Virus record (IMG/VR): IMGVR_UViG_3300014204_000177
Span: 5,761-69,760 of that record
DNA: 64,000 bases
Strand: one strand, 5' to 3'
DNA from: a virus
Taxonomy: Duplodnaviria > Caudoviricetes
The notes below the pieces were generated by a model. The model worked only from the letters and a program-made list of their open reading frames with translations. It made no database searches and had not been told where the DNA came from. A program made the translations under genes and the position numbers. Of this stretch, positions 1-8,275 are shown piece by piece (position 1 is the stretch's first letter; each line of letters opens with the position of its first letter).

Positions 1-758
1 AATCCTTTTTCCAGTTGATACCATTCTCTGTACTGTCTGATATCTTCCTTCTCGAATACCATGCCACTGTACTTTTGGAACCTCTGCATGTTGCATTCCC
101 GTTTAACCATATCCTTGTATGCCTGAGTATCACGATCAAACTGCATCTTAGATAGGTCACAGATTTCTTGGGCCACCTTCATGCGTTCCTGAAGTCCGGC
201 AGTATGTTTGATATGGATTGCTTTCTGATTGACTTGATCTTCAAATCGTGTCGATAATGAAGCAGTCAATGTATTCCAGCATACCACCCGGATAGGCGTG
301 AATTGAATCCATACCGCCATTGTACCATCATGGGTATTGGATAGTAAGATATACTGGTTCACCTTGTCACCTTCAACGATCTCAGCTTCCTGCTTCATCT
401 TTGCCAGCACCCAGATTGACTTACCTTCTCTGAGGCTTCCAGCCGCATCCAGTTCGGCGCTCCCATCTTGGAGCAAGTTATCGAACCAGTTGAATGCTTC
501 CTTGTTTTGCAGGATGTTGTAGTTGGCACCGACAATACCCAGTATTTTCTTATCTGTGTTTCTTACCAATGCTTTGTAATCCGGGGCCATCAATACGCTT
601 TCATCTGTCGTTGCGTACACTGAGGCAGGTTCTACTTCCCAGTCTAGTCCGGCATATACCAGACCTTCTTCCACTGTTGGGGCTTTGGGTAGTACGTTAC
701 CCATCTTGTGCCATGCGGGTACCCTGACGTACATTGCAGTTTCGACTAATGCGCTCAT
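1..758 (-). CDS. DUF932/DUF945-family phage protein (partial, runs off window start)
   Basis: Not in the ORF track; translated by hand: MSALVETAMYVRVPAWHKMG...AGLDWEV...ILQNKEAF...AGSLREGKSIW...YILLSNTHDGT...FTPIRVVCWNTL...IKHT, motifs typical of the family. Confidence 0.85.
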   Translation of the reverse strand, partial: MSALVETAMYVRVPAWHKMGNVLPKAPTVEEGLVYAGLDWEVEPASVYATTDESVLMAPDYKALVRNTDKKILGIVGANYNILQNKEAFNWFDNLLQDGSAELDAAGSLREGKSIWVLAKMKQEAEIVEGDKVNQYILLSNTHDGTMAVWIQFTPIRVVCWNTLTASLSTRFEDQVNQKAIHIKHTAGLQERMKVAQEICDLSKMQFDRDTQAYKDMVKRECNMQRFQKYSGMVFEKEDIRQYREWYQLEKG

Positions 759-958
759 TACCAAAATCCTCCTTCATGTAAAATCCATATTTCAATAGCC
801 GCGCCGATACTAGAACATATTACTAGGTTCGGCTTTTTTTCGATTCCGGTTTTAATTGCGTTGGCTATCACGTTCAACAACATAATAACTAACATTGTGT
901 ACTGGGGCCAATGCCACATTTCCATATTAGTTACCCTTGAAAAAGTGTCGAACTTCAT
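758..958 (-). CDS. small membrane protein
   Basis: 66 aa with two hydrophobic stretches; abuts neighbouring genes. Confidence 0.5.
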   Translation of the reverse strand: MKFDTFSRVTNMEMWHWPQYTMLVIMLLNVIANAIKTGIEKKPNLVICSSIGAAIEIWILHEGGFW

Positions 959-1439
959 CCTTGTGGAGATTCCAGAACTCTTTCAGTGCTTCCCCGGACC
1001 AGCTATTGATCAGTTTGCTAGCCAACCACCCGATCAGTACCATCAGGATAGCATCCTTGAACCCGAATGATTTCTTCTCTGCCATGTCATTTTCCTCCTG
1101 CTTTTTATTAATTATTTTTTGTTCTTCTCTAGCTTTGTCTACTCCGTTTTTCCAGTTTTTACTGGTTTCTTCATACTCTTGCTGGTTGTACGGTTTCATG
1201 CCCACCTGTGATTGTGATTGGGCCATCATTAATTGTTGTGCGTATCGTTGATAGTCTTTATACGGCATGTTCATTTGTGCTTTGGCAAGTTCAGCCAACC
1301 GTTGTTCTTCCATAGATATATTTAATGAGGGGTAAATATCTGTCTTATATTCTTGCACTCTTTTCTTCTCACTTTCAATGTAGTCGAGAACATTACCAGA
1401 ATTAAATCTATCATCACCGAAGTATTTTGGTACTCCCAT
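927..1439 (-). CDS. hypothetical protein
   Basis: 170-aa ORF with upstream GGAGCAGGA RBS, downstream of a consensus promoter. Confidence 0.55.
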   Translation of the reverse strand: MGVPKYFGDDRFNSGNVLDYIESEKKRVQEYKTDIYPSLNISMEEQRLAELAKAQMNMPYKDYQRYAQQLMMAQSQSQVGMKPYNQQEYEETSKNWKNGVDKAREEQKIINKKQEENDMAEKKSFGFKDAILMVLIGWLASKLINSWSGEALKEFWNLHKDEVRHFFKGN

Positions 1440-1477
1440 TATCCTGCTCCTTCCAGTTGTATTTCTCCTATATGTCT

Positions 1478-1506
1478 ATTATACCATACTTTGAGTCAAA
1501 TGTCAA
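1478..1506 (-). promoter_or_regulatory. sigmaA/sigma70-type promoter
   Basis: Minus strand TTGACA-17 bp-TATAAT, perfect consensus. Confidence 0.8.
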
Positions 1507-1590
1507 CCCCTGATCGCTATAATAACCATAAAAACAAACAAGGCACAAACCATATACATTACTACATCAGCCATATTGCTACCTCCCTAT

Positions 1591-1623
1591 AAAAAGAGCG
1601 CCCAAACCGGACGCTCTCTTTTT
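1591..1623. terminator. intrinsic terminator-like hairpin
   Basis: AGAGCG-loop-CGCTCT flanked by A5 and a T-run. Confidence 0.5.
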
Positions 1624-1732
1624 GTTTAATCTAAAAACATTTTACAAAGTATCGCGGCAATACCTAGTACGACTAACAGTACCATAAACACTTCTATGAA
1701 TGATAGAAATGCAAGATACATTAACTCAGCCA

Positions 1733-2065
1733 TTACCGCATTGCACCAACCGGAATTCGGAATGCTTCTTCGGCCTTTTCTACATTGCAGTCACAGTCGA
1801 AGTGGAGATAGTCATAGCCGATACTTCTACCTTCGGCCCGATGCAGGGCAATAACCAATCCGATAGGTTTTACAAATCTGTCTTCAAAACTGCACAGAGC
1901 AGTACCGACACGCAGTTTACCCTTCTTGTTGGTTGTCACAGCAACAGATACACCAGTTCTTGGGTCAGAATAAAGTAATGTGCTTTTCCTCCTATTGTTG
2001 ATCTCGTCAAGTGCCTTGTGAACGATCTCTACCTGTTTCTCTGTCAGTGCTTTATACATAATCAT
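1733..2065 (-). CDS. hypothetical protein
   Basis: 110-aa ORF with RBS, co-oriented in the operon. Confidence 0.6.
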   Translation of the reverse strand: MIMYKALTEKQVEIVHKALDEINNRRKSTLLYSDPRTGVSVAVTTNKKGKLRVGTALCSFEDRFVKPIGLVIALHRAEGRSIGYDYLHFDCDCNVEKAEEAFRIPVGAMR

Positions 2066-2071
2066 TCTCCT

Positions 2072-2575
2072 TTAAATTTTAATTAATTTTTGTAAGTGAA
2101 TCGGTTTATACTGTTGTAGTTCTGGGGCATATAGGATATGTTTACCATCGTTGAATACGGTATATGTGCCACCGAACTCCGGGACACCATCATACCCTAA
2201 GTTGTGTAAGTGACCGTGTACATTTCTTTTGTGGACTCCACCGCATATAAATGTTGGTTCATGCGTTAACAATGTATCCCCTAATGTGATAGCGTCAAAC
2301 ACACCATCGAACCCGCATAACAGATATTTGGTGTCAGTCCAGTGATCGTGATTACCACGGACTAGGTACTTTTTGCCCGGAATCTGTTTTAGTATATCCT
2401 TTAGCTGTTGTTCTGTGCCAAAGTGTACATCACCTAAATGATAGGTAACATCTTCCGGTTTTAGCATGTTGGACCAGTTGCCAATTAAAAGTTCAAGATA
2501 ATTAGCCGGACGTTTGCAATATTCCATTATTGCATTATGGTAGAAGTGAGTATCCGAGATAATAAATCGTTTCAT
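2072..2575 (-). CDS. calcineurin-like metallophosphoesterase
   Basis: Motifs SDTHF, HLGDV, GNHD, H-E-P, HGHLH. Confidence 0.9.
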   Translation of the reverse strand: MKRFIISDTHFYHNAIMEYCKRPANYLELLIGNWSNMLKPEDVTYHLGDVHFGTEQQLKDILKQIPGKKYLVRGNHDHWTDTKYLLCGFDGVFDAITLGDTLLTHEPTFICGGVHKRNVHGHLHNLGYDGVPEFGGTYTVFNDGKHILYAPELQQYKPIHLQKLIKI

Positions 2576-2586
2576 TCTTCCCTCCT

Positions 2587-3123
2587 TTATTTTTGTAATC
2601 CCTTGGGAACGTCATCCTTTTCGATTGTCTGTTTAAAACACATATTGGCGGCAGTATGGAAGATAACAATACCTTCAGGATTCATAAATTCCGGTGATGC
2701 TACACTTCCTTGACTTTTTAACACCATAAGACAACCATTAATTTTCGCCGTATCGAATTCGCCTTGGTACAGTACGGGAACAACATGACAGCATTTCGGT
2801 CTTACATCTGGGTCGGCCCATCGTGCTACGTTGAATAGTGAAAAGCGTTTTTCCTTCAGGCCATAGTTACGTTGAATACCCATACCCCACCATTCTCCGT
2901 AATGACTTCCCGGCCCCAGTTTACGCAGTTCTTCTTCGTGTTCATACGCCCATCGTGCAAAACCATGATTGTCATTTTTTGGTGTAATCCAACAGGTACG
3001 GCTACCTACAAGGAACTGGTTATCGTCGGTAATACAGATTACAGAGCAGGTCCCGTCGATTTTTTCAGTGACGATAATTTCCCGGTGTAGTCTTGCAATT
3101 TTTGGGAACTCTCTAAATTCCAT
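2587..3123 (-). CDS. RNA ligase, Rnl2-like nucleotidyltransferase domain
   Basis: Motif I EKIDGT, III YGEWWGMGIQ, IIIa FSLFN, IV EGIVI, V FKQT. Confidence 0.85.
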   Translation of the reverse strand: MEFREFPKIARLHREIIVTEKIDGTCSVICITDDNQFLVGSRTCWITPKNDNHGFARWAYEHEEELRKLGPGSHYGEWWGMGIQRNYGLKEKRFSLFNVARWADPDVRPKCCHVVPVLYQGEFDTAKINGCLMVLKSQGSVASPEFMNPEGIVIFHTAANMCFKQTIEKDDVPKGLQK

Positions 3124-3142
3124 TATATGCCTCCTTTCAATT

Positions 3143-3214
3143 TGGATGTGGCTATGGGAATCGGACCCATCTCAACAGTTTTGCAGACTGTTACACTCCC
3201 AGAATGAAGCCACA
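3143..3214 (-). tRNA. tRNA-Cys(GCA), atypical
   Basis: TGTGGCT/AGCCACA acceptor stem, U73, encoded CCA, anticodon loop CT-GCA-AA; T-loop reads TCCGATT and the D-loop is shrunken. Confidence 0.8.
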
Positions 3215-3265
3215 ATTTGGTGCGGAAGTCAAACGGAGATTCTCCTGTGTACATCAGGGAATATT

Positions 3266-3337
3266 TGGTTGCGGGGATGGGGGTCGAACCCACTGTTTCA
3301 GGCTTATGAGGCCCAAACCATTACCGAATGCCCCGCG
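3266..3337 (-). tRNA. tRNA-Met(CAT), initiator-type
   Basis: C1:A72 mismatch, loop CT-CAT-AA, T arm TGGG-TTCGACC-CCCA, CCA end; D arm weak. Confidence 0.8.
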
Positions 3338-3341
3338 ACGA

Positions 3342-3665
3342 CTATTTGAGTATGCAACTTCTTGCCCATTCGTAGTAAGTCCAGAAAAACCTTTTGAAAC
3401 ATTCTTCATAAGTCATACCATAATTATCCATCCAGTAGTTGATTTTTTCGTCCATGTTCTTATTGCATGAACTCCAAGGCCAGTAACTAACTTGATCGTG
3501 CATGTCATATGGATTGACTAATAACCTGTAACCCCTCTTACCATTTGGTATATCCTGAGTCCGTCTTGCTTTCTTTGCGGCATATCTTTTCATAAATACC
3601 ATTCCATTATGCCTTGAACTTGGACACGCTTTAAATATTGGTGTTTTCTTATATGATCGTGACAC
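3342..3665 (-). CDS. hypothetical basic phage protein
   Basis: 107-aa ORF (MSRSYKKTP...) between tRNA genes. Confidence 0.6.
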   Translation of the reverse strand: MSRSYKKTPIFKACPSSRHNGMVFMKRYAAKKARRTQDIPNGKRGYRLLVNPYDMHDQVSYWPWSSCNKNMDEKINYWMDNYGMTYEECFKRFFWTYYEWARSCILK

Positions 3666-3687
3666 CCCATCACATCCTCAAATACTG

Positions 3688-3764
3688 TGGAGCCACCGGA
3701 GGGGAGTCGAACCCCTCTTCCAACTGTTTACAAGACAGAGACACATCCGTTGTGCTTCGGTGGC
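3688..3764 (-). tRNA. tRNA-Thr(TGT)
   Basis: GCCACCG/CGGTGGC acceptor stem, loop CT-TGT-AA, T arm AGGGG-TTCGACT-CCCCT, CCA end. Confidence 0.85.
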
Positions 3765-3767
3765 ATT

Positions 3768-3847
3768 TGGTGGAGCCGCCCGGAATCGAACCGGGGTCCA
3801 ATCAGTTGCGCTTTGGCTTTACTGACTGTCTAAACCTTATCGGCCCC
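3768..3847 (-). ncRNA. 80-nt tmRNA-like RNA consisting only of the tRNA-like domain
   Basis: GGGGCCG/CGGCTCC-ACCA acceptor with G3:U70 and A73; stemless D-analog ATAAGGTTTAGAC; 7-bp P2a-like helix AGTCAGT/ACTGATT closed by 14 nt; GGAC then T arm CCCGG-TTCGATT-CCGGG. Confidence 0.75.
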
Positions 3848-4067
3848 ATTTTTCATAAATATCTTCAAATAATCTTTCTGTGGATGCGTTCGTTGCTTTA
3901 TCAGCATTCTCAACATTTTCCAGTTTGCTACTGGCATAGTAACTTATCCAGACTTGATCTTCAATATCGAGTTTTGATTCAAAGGGTTTGGCATATATAC
4001 GCCCAATAGCAAACGGGTTTGTGGTTTTCAAAACGTATATTTCTCCAAGTTTTACCATTTCATTCAC
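3837..4067 (-). CDS. hypothetical protein
   Basis: 76-aa ORF downstream of a consensus promoter; last codons overlap the 5' end of the tmRNA-like RNA. Confidence 0.55.
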   Translation of the reverse strand: MNEMVKLGEIYVLKTTNPFAIGRIYAKPFESKLDIEDQVWISYYASSKLENVENADKATNASTERLFEDIYEKWGR

Positions 4068-4082
4068 CGTCCTTATGCTTAT

Positions 4083-4111
4083 ATTATATCATAGTTTCGT
4101 TTGTTTGTCAA
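4083..4111 (-). promoter_or_regulatory. sigmaA-type promoter for the tRNA/RNA-ligase unit
   Basis: TTGACA-17 bp-TATAAT on minus strand. Confidence 0.8.
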
Positions 4112-4389
4112 TCCGTTTTAAGCATTGTTGGGCAATTTTTTTCAATCACAAAGGCATTGAATTTTTTACCAATTAGTTTGTTTCCGTCTTTATCGACTCT
4201 AACAGGCTGATGATCTATGGCATAATTAAAATCACCATTGGCAAATCCTAAAGGTATGCAAGGCCCAGAATATACGGCATGTAAACCATCATCGTCATAA
4301 TATCCCTGTGTTTTCCCGCATTCGCACTTCTTAACGTGTTTTCGCAAGTTAAATACACTATGACATTCCTTACAATATAAAAGCTTCAT
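4108..4389 (-). CDS. hypothetical Cys-rich (Zn-binding) protein
   Basis: CxxC...CxC motifs; ATGA overlap with the upstream gene. Confidence 0.6.
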   Translation of the reverse strand: MKLLYCKECHSVFNLRKHVKKCECGKTQGYYDDDGLHAVYSGPCIPLGFANGDFNYAIDHQPVRVDKDGNKLIGKKFNAFVIEKNCPTMLKTD

Positions 4390-4700
4390 ATCGCCAATTC
4401 CTCCACAATCGTCATAGCCTCACAAAGATACCAGATACTCCCCTGTGCTTTTGTCCGCTGAATAATTTTCATAACTTTGACTTCAACCTTGCACCAAACC
4501 CTGTCTTTTTTTGACAAATGTGGTGCTACTGGCTCGGAACAACAATGCCAGCCGGGACGTACCGCAAACCCTTTAGTTGGATGTGCTTCATATTGGTAAC
4601 TCTTACCAATCTCTAATCTTTGTTTTCTGTTAATGAATAATGGCCCCAAAGTACCATCTTTTCTTTTGCGAAATAATTTGTACCCAATCATCTTCTTCAA
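4386..4700 (-). CDS. conserved-looking phage hypothetical protein
   Basis: 104 aa, GYKLFR...GFAVRPGWH...WCKVEV. Confidence 0.6.
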   Translation of the reverse strand: MKKMIGYKLFRKRKDGTLGPLFINRKQRLEIGKSYQYEAHPTKGFAVRPGWHCCSEPVAPHLSKKDRVWCKVEVKVMKIIQRTKAQGSIWYLCEAMTIVEELAI

Positions 4701-4878
4701 CCCTCCTAACTCTTGGATAATCCCTGTATTTGGTATCCCTGCACATATGACAGGAACATACTGTATTATTCTTACATAACCAGCCCGGATATTGTGTTAC
4801 CCACCCAGTCCATTTGATGCGCTTTAATCGTTTTGCTATGATGCGTTGGCGCTGATATCGATTAAAAGCCAATGACAT
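4630..4878 (-). CDS. hypothetical basic protein
   Basis: CSCHMC motif; follows the NADAR gene. Confidence 0.5.
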   Translation of the reverse strand: MSLAFNRYQRQRIIAKRLKRIKWTGWVTQYPGWLCKNNTVCSCHMCRDTKYRDYPRVRRVEEDDWVQIISQKKRWYFGAIIH

Positions 4879-4879
4879 T

Positions 4880-5308
4880 TTATCGCCCCCTGTATACTGC
4901 TCTCACTTCCATCAGAATTTTACCCAGTTTATTTTGTCCCTTACCCTGACATACACCCCAGTATGTGTCACCCCATGTATTTCCTTCGATCAGTTCTGAG
5001 TCACCCGTTTCCAATAATGACTGGCATAATGTTGGATTTTGGAACTTTCGTAATATTAGAATATACATAATGTCATCCTTAATTTCATCCCAGTATGGGC
5101 GCAATGTCAGTTTTTTCCCTAGCTTTTTTGCTTCCCCTGCTGTTAGTTTAAAATTGGCAAATGGTTGACGTTCTGCTATATCGTTTGTCTTATATGCTTG
5201 ATAAGCATGTTCAACTGATGCGTAGTATGTATCCTCTACGCGAACCACAGAGGGATAGAAATTAGATAGAAACCGATATTTTCCTGTGAACTTGTCAATC
5301 TTATCCAT
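4880..5308 (-). CDS. NADAR (YbiA-like) family hydrolase
   Basis: FLSNFY, EHAYQAYK, AKKLGK, W-DEIK, LIEGNTWGDTYWG, GQNKLGKILMEVR. Confidence 0.92.
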   Translation of the reverse strand: MDKIDKFTGKYRFLSNFYPSVVRVEDTYYASVEHAYQAYKTNDIAERQPFANFKLTAGEAKKLGKKLTLRPYWDEIKDDIMYILILRKFQNPTLCQSLLETGDSELIEGNTWGDTYWGVCQGKGQNKLGKILMEVRAVYRGR

Positions 5309-5676
5309 GATTTGTCACCTTCCTTATAAGTCGAAAAAATCCACAGTAAATATCATTATTATTACTCCTGTAAATAAACCTACGAGGAATTCCATTATTT
5401 ATCACCTTCCAATACCTTTGTCATAAAGCCTAAATCTTCCAGAATACCTTCACAGTCATACATGATTTGTGGTAATAATTCCCTGATTTCCGGTTCATCA
5501 AAATCTTCGCAAATGATTTCCAGTTTAATGATCTTTGCCATTATTTCCTCCTACACTTATAGGGAATGCCAATACAGACACTCCCTATAAAATTTCTTTT
5601 GTATTTTTTGTTTACAGGTGTTTGACAAATGGCATTTTTTTCAGTATTATATGGGGAGGGTAGTGTGTTTAACAAA

Positions 5677-5868
5677 TTAGATTCCGGCTTTACCTGCATT
5701 TTGCTGTTTCATCCAGTCCATAAACAGCTTTGCATTCCGTGGGTCGGCATGATTCATATTGACTGTCACGCTATCCATAACGTGCATAGGCCGATTGTCA
5801 TTGAAATATTCCACGAACTCACCCTTGATCTTTTTACCAGTAATTGGGTCTACTGCATTGTATTTCAT
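5677..5868 (-). CDS. hypothetical protein
   Basis: AGGAGG RBS and consensus promoter upstream. Confidence 0.6.
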   Translation of the reverse strand: MKYNAVDPITGKKIKGEFVEYFNDNRPMHVMDSVTVNMNHADPRNAKLFMDWMKQQNAGKAGI

Positions 5869-5895
5869 TGTGTACCTCCTTATATTTATACCTCT

Positions 5896-5924
5896 ATTAT
5901 ATCACATTTTTAACTATTTGTCAA
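5896..5924 (-). promoter_or_regulatory. sigmaA-type promoter
   Basis: TTGACA-17 bp-TATAAT. Confidence 0.8.
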
Positions 5925-6088
5925 GCGTGGCACAAACCAGCATCGATCAGACTTTGGGCAGTTCTACCATAAAATCCCTGTAATTGCCAGCACAAACCTG
6001 AGTCAATTAAACCCTGAAACAACTTGATTGTACTATCAGTGTCTAGCGTACCGTCCTCAAATGCCATCATCAATCCAACTTCATCCAT
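5921..6088 (-). CDS. small phage protein (55 aa)
   Basis: Below the ORF-track cutoff: MDEVGLMMAFEDG...LFQGLIDSGLCWQLQGFYGRTA; GAAGGAG RBS. Confidence 0.65.
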   Translation of the reverse strand: MDEVGLMMAFEDGTLDTDSTIKLFQGLIDSGLCWQLQGFYGRTAQSLIDAGLCHA

Positions 6089-6318
6089 TATCGGTCATCT
6101 CCTTCTACTAATTCAGCAATTTGGACTGTCGCAGTTCTGCCATTGCTTCCACCAGTTTTATATACCCGGATAACATCCTGCCCTTTATCATTGACTGAGC
6201 ATACTACTTTGCATCCGATATTCCATCATCTTGTATGGGAATACATCCCAGAATTAGGTGTACCCATGCGTGATGCTCCACCACGATTTCCTTGAATTTC
6301 TGCATAAAAACGTGCCAT
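6088..6318 (-). pseudogene. small phage gene interrupted by an in-frame TGA at codon 31 (6226-6228)
   Basis: MARFYAEIQGNRGGASRMGTPNSGMYSHTR*WNIGCKV...YKTGGSNG...; RBS AAAGGGG; frame continues 45 codons to a TAA that overlaps the next start codon. Confidence 0.55.
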
Positions 6319-6393
6319 AATTTTCCCCTTTCAGCCTATCTCTTCAGTGTCAGGCGGCTAGTCCTGACAGACAGGGATTGCTCCCTGTTTCGA

Positions 6394-6696
6394 TTAGCTT
6401 AAATCCTCACTTTCAAAGAATTGTTCTACTTCTCTTTCAATATCTGCTATAGTTTCCTCAAATGCTTCACTGGTAAATGGATAATCTAGGAAATACGGTC
6501 CTACTTCTGCTTCCGAACCTTCCACGATTGAACCCAGTTTGATACCTGTGGCTGTTGTGTCAATCCATGCACCACAATCGGTTGATTCGTATATTTCCCT
6601 TTCAATAGTCCCAAAAGGTATGTCAGGTTCCAATTCCAGATATTGTGCTAATTCAGCTTGATTATTGATTTTCACTGTTTTATCCTCCTGCTTCAT
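6394..6696 (-). CDS. hypothetical acidic protein
   Basis: 100-aa ORF in the early gene run. Confidence 0.6.
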   Translation of the reverse strand: MKQEDKTVKINNQAELAQYLELEPDIPFGTIEREIYESTDCGAWIDTTATGIKLGSIVEGSEAEVGPYFLDYPFTSEAFEETIADIEREVEQFFESEDLS

Positions 6697-6708
6697 ATTA
6701 TACGCTTA

Positions 6709-7161
6709 TTAATCTGAATAGTCAAGCACTACTAGCGAACCGTCTTTTCGCCGTCCAAAATTGAATATACACCTGTCACTAAAGATATTTGATAGTTTCT
6801 TTTTTTGTGCTTCTCTTAATACGTCATCTTCTATTTTTTCATAATCCCCGTAACTGTCACAATCACCATAACAATTATCAACCCGTTCCACCAACAGATA
6901 TTTGAAAGTTTTGGAAGCTGAGTAAATTTGTGTGACTTTATGGCTTTGTCCTCTAGAATTAAGATTTTGATAAACTTGATATTCTTTGTAATTGGCTTTA
7001 TATTCCGTTTTTCTACCGTTCCAAGTATGATCGACTTTTAGAACAAATTGATCATCAATAGCATATACCGATCTACTTCTACCACAACCAATTTCTTCCA
7101 ATATTCCTGCGTTGTACTCTTTCATTGCTTGTCTGAGTATTTTAGTATAGTTCACAGTCAT
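6709..7161 (-). CDS. minimal protein-kinase-like protein (paralog 1)
   Basis: IGCGRSRSVY Gly-loop, VLKV, helix-C Glu (EYQVY), LLVERV, D-x4-N (DRCIFN), VVLDY. Confidence 0.7.
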   Translation of the reverse strand: MTVNYTKILRQAMKEYNAGILEEIGCGRSRSVYAIDDQFVLKVDHTWNGRKTEYKANYKEYQVYQNLNSRGQSHKVTQIYSASKTFKYLLVERVDNCYGDCDSYGDYEKIEDDVLREAQKKKLSNIFSDRCIFNFGRRKDGSLVVLDYSD

Positions 7162-7166
7162 CCCTC

Positions 7167-7586
7167 CTACATTGAATAATCAATGATAACTAATTCACTA
7201 TCGGAGAATCTTCGGCCTATATTGAACATCCAGTGATCACTGAATAATTCAAATAGTCCAGCGTTTTTTGCTTCAATCCAGTCTGCACGTTCATAATGAT
7301 CATTTCTGAAACAGTCATCAACCTTTTCAGATAAGAGGAATGTGCCATCGGCTGAGATTGCATAGGATGCGGCAAACTTATGAGCATTGCCATTTTGTAA
7401 GGCATACTGGTAATTATTGTATTCATCACGATTATATTCTGGTGCATATCTTGTCACCTTTAAGACATATTCTTTGCCGACATGATAAACAATACGACTA
7501 CTACCTGAACCAGCTTTTGGTAATTCATCCTTATTATAGGCGATAATAGCCTTTTTTAATATTTCATCATGCGTCATATCGTTCAC
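7167..7586 (-). CDS. minimal protein-kinase-like protein (paralog 2)
   Basis: GSGSSRIVY, VLKV, EYNNY, LLSEKV, DHWMFN, VIIDY. Confidence 0.7.
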   Translation of the reverse strand: MNDMTHDEILKKAIIAYNKDELPKAGSGSSRIVYHVGKEYVLKVTRYAPEYNRDEYNNYQYALQNGNAHKFAASYAISADGTFLLSEKVDDCFRNDHYERADWIEAKNAGLFELFSDHWMFNIGRRFSDSELVIIDYSM

Positions 7587-8119
7587 GCTCCTTTATATGC
7601 CGGGAACATAGTCTTAAATCCTGCGGGCAAAGGTGGTGGGCATCCCCATGAATTCCAGTATATTCGTCCACCGTGACTACCAGTATTGTCGGGTAATTGA
7701 CCGTAGTCAATGACTTTTTTCTCGCCGTTGATCATACCAACATTTCCCTTATGCAAGTCACATAGATATTGCATCCATAAGTTACTAAAATTGTATAATG
7801 GTGTTCTACCGACTGAGGATGCTCTCTCCATAATAACCCAGTCACCATTTTCATGGTATGCTATGATCTTTGCCAAAACATCATGGTAAGGTTTATCAGT
7901 CGAAGAGTTAAAGGTATAGATTTCCAATAGATTTTGAATCTTGTAATTGGGTTTATTTGGGAACTTGATCACATATTTTTTACCCAAAGAATACACAGTT
8001 CTGAATGTTCCCCGGCCTAGTCTTGTGCTTTTCCGGTCCATTGCTTCCTGCAATGTCTTTTGACGAATACCAAGCTGTTTTGCTAGTGTATCACTATACC
8101 CGATGATCACGATTGTCAC
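7583..8119 (-). CDS. minimal protein-kinase-like protein (paralog 3)
   Basis: LGRGTFRTVY, VIKF, LEIY, VIMER, DLHKGNVG catalytic loop, VIDYG. Confidence 0.8.
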   Translation of the reverse strand: MTIVIIGYSDTLAKQLGIRQKTLQEAMDRKSTRLGRGTFRTVYSLGKKYVIKFPNKPNYKIQNLLEIYTFNSSTDKPYHDVLAKIIAYHENGDWVIMERASSVGRTPLYNFSNLWMQYLCDLHKGNVGMINGEKKVIDYGQLPDNTGSHGGRIYWNSWGCPPPLPAGFKTMFPAYKGA

Positions 8120-8275
8120 TTCCTTTCGTATTTGGGTACTGGTGGGAGGCTTATTTGGAAGAACCTCCCAGAAACCTTACTGCATAGAGTTATATAAACT
8201 GTTGCAGTCCAGTATTAGCCAATATACCACGATAACGCGACATTGATAAACAGCAGGATGAATATTTCCTTCATA

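Noticed and set aside
3218-3262. Possible tRNA-Tyr (CCTG-ATGTACA-CAGG hairpin, ...GCACCA end)
   Set aside because: No pairing T stem, no D arm and no 5' acceptor strand; at most a relic
6226-6228. Genome-wide TGA recoding
   Set aside because: TGA terminates well-supported genes (terS at 10914, HNH at 39959) and long genes are intact in the standard code
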